A stretch of 63,826 nucleotides of DNA, counting the filler, from Syncephalis fuscata S228 (taxonomy: Eukaryota > Fungi > Zoopagomycota), in NCBI GenBank assembly GCA_025786725.1. It is 4 parts of 4 records of this genome, joined end to end, with 100 filler letters (N's around TTAATTAATTAA, not from the genome) between each part and the next. Parts side by side here need not be neighbours in the genome. Positions count along the whole stretch, not along the records: positions 57,513 to 63,826 come from JAHLTZ010000330.1; 3 more parts are not named here. One strand, written 5' to 3'. Positions 62,520 through 63,826 of this stretch are shown piece by piece. Made by a program: the position numbers and the translations under genes. The stretch's first letter is position 1, and each line of letters starts with the position of its first letter. The notes below the pieces were generated by a model. The model made no database searches, was not told the origin of the DNA, and saw only the letters and a program-made list of their open reading frames with translations.

Positions 62520-63826
62520 AGCGTTGGTGTTAATAACAAATAATAAAAGTTAATATATTCAAAGACAAATGTAATTATAAGACATACCAATAAAGAAATA
62601 AATACGATAGTTATAGATACCACTCTACACCAACAATTATTATCATATAGCATATCATTAGTAAAATAACAGGTGTAATAAAATATAAAAAGTTTATTTT
62701 ATCACCAAAACATAAATCAATTCATTACTAGCGGTTTAATGCTGTCCCTTTATTCGTCAAGCAGTAGAGCTATATGGCCACGACAAATCTATAAAATAAT
62801 TAAATCGTTAAACAAATAAAGATTATATTAAGCACTTACCTAAGAAGAAAAATACTTGTCAATTTCAATAGTAACAAGCTCATTAAGACGCTCTTATCGT
62901 TTTGACCTCCACTAACACTTGTCAACAACTGCATATCAATGGTGTAATATACTGTGCTATACATTTCAGTTTTTATTTTCAGATCAATTAGCCGAGATAA
63001 ACAGTTTAAAGCAAAGTTGTATTGTAAAAATTGTTTTATTTATATCTTGTATTCACTAAATATCAATCTTGTCAAAATGCCATTTAAATTGCTATTTCCA
63101 ATAGAGAAACGGCTGTCTAACAAACGACTTTTTACGAAATGAATTATACTGACTTAAATAATCAACGAATTATTTAAATTGGTGTATGTTTAAATCACTA
63201 TTTGTTATTGTACCTATTTTTATTACGCTTTACTTTCGCTCTGTTATTAAGTGATTTTTATTTCAATACTTATCACAAAGTGGAATCAACTAATTGAAAC
63301 TACAAATTATAGTGTCTACTTATGGCAGAAAATTGTAATAACAACCTATAAGCTAGTAGAAAGCACCCTTACTACCATTACTCGGCTTTACATAATTTTT
63401 TTAAACTTTAATTGCAATATTGTTACAAAACCAGATGTATGGCTATGTAATGTTTGCTAAGCAACCTAAATAGGAGAAAGTGTGATAAAGGTGGCTTAGT
63501 CGATGTTTAGATATTTAAGTAAATAAAGATTATTAATTTAATAGCTTAACAACTTTTATTACCAATAAATAACTTTGTTTAGTAATTTAAAACAAAAGTT
63601 TCAACTGTATTAATCTGAAAGTAAGCTAAAAGTAATTGGAAGTAGAAGTTATTTATTTAATTTTTGGCCGGCGGTATTAAGTGTTTATACTACTGTTGGC
63701 CGTTAAATGGCAAGTAAATGCAATGGACCCGATGGGAAAAGGCTTAATTAAAGTACAACAAAGCTTAATTTAAATTTTGTTGAATCATGTAATTTAGGCA
63801 ATAGTAACAATATTATCTATAAAGAC

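Overview
AT-rich, intron-rich eukaryotic DNA, most likely from an early-diverging fungus (short ~50-80 nt spliceosomal introns, fungal housekeeping genes; the lineage is inferred, not confirmed). Three 100-nt N/TTAATTAATTAA spacers join four segments, so adjacency across them is not reliable. Most of the window is housekeeping genes: HAC1-like bZIP, AMMECR1, ESA1, a GH72 GAS protein, CSE1, TAZ1, a septin, mL50, NOC4, DNM1, URC4, UPF0014, RQC2/NEMF, LIS1/NudF, RIB5, SDH6 and a TMEM223-like gene. The standout is 775-3547, which the ORF track misses. It looks like an ~81-bp tandem satellite but reads as a 'one codon per exon' gene: a signal-peptide exon, then 31 three-nucleotide microexons separated by mutually homologous phase-1 GT-AG introns. 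Spliced, it encodes a 63-aa precursor whose predicted mature peptide is GAKECKECVKNCLNGGSKPTADYCWDKCRQCY, with a mirror-symmetric C-x2-C-x3-C-x11-C-x3-C-x2-C pattern. Other notable items: a predicted 41-nt Ire1-type intron in the bZIP gene, a decayed Fanzor/TnpB relic inside a dispersed element, a chaplin-like secreted protein, and a duplicated fasciclin-like plus two-TM protein cassette. All calls were made by eye, with no database searches.
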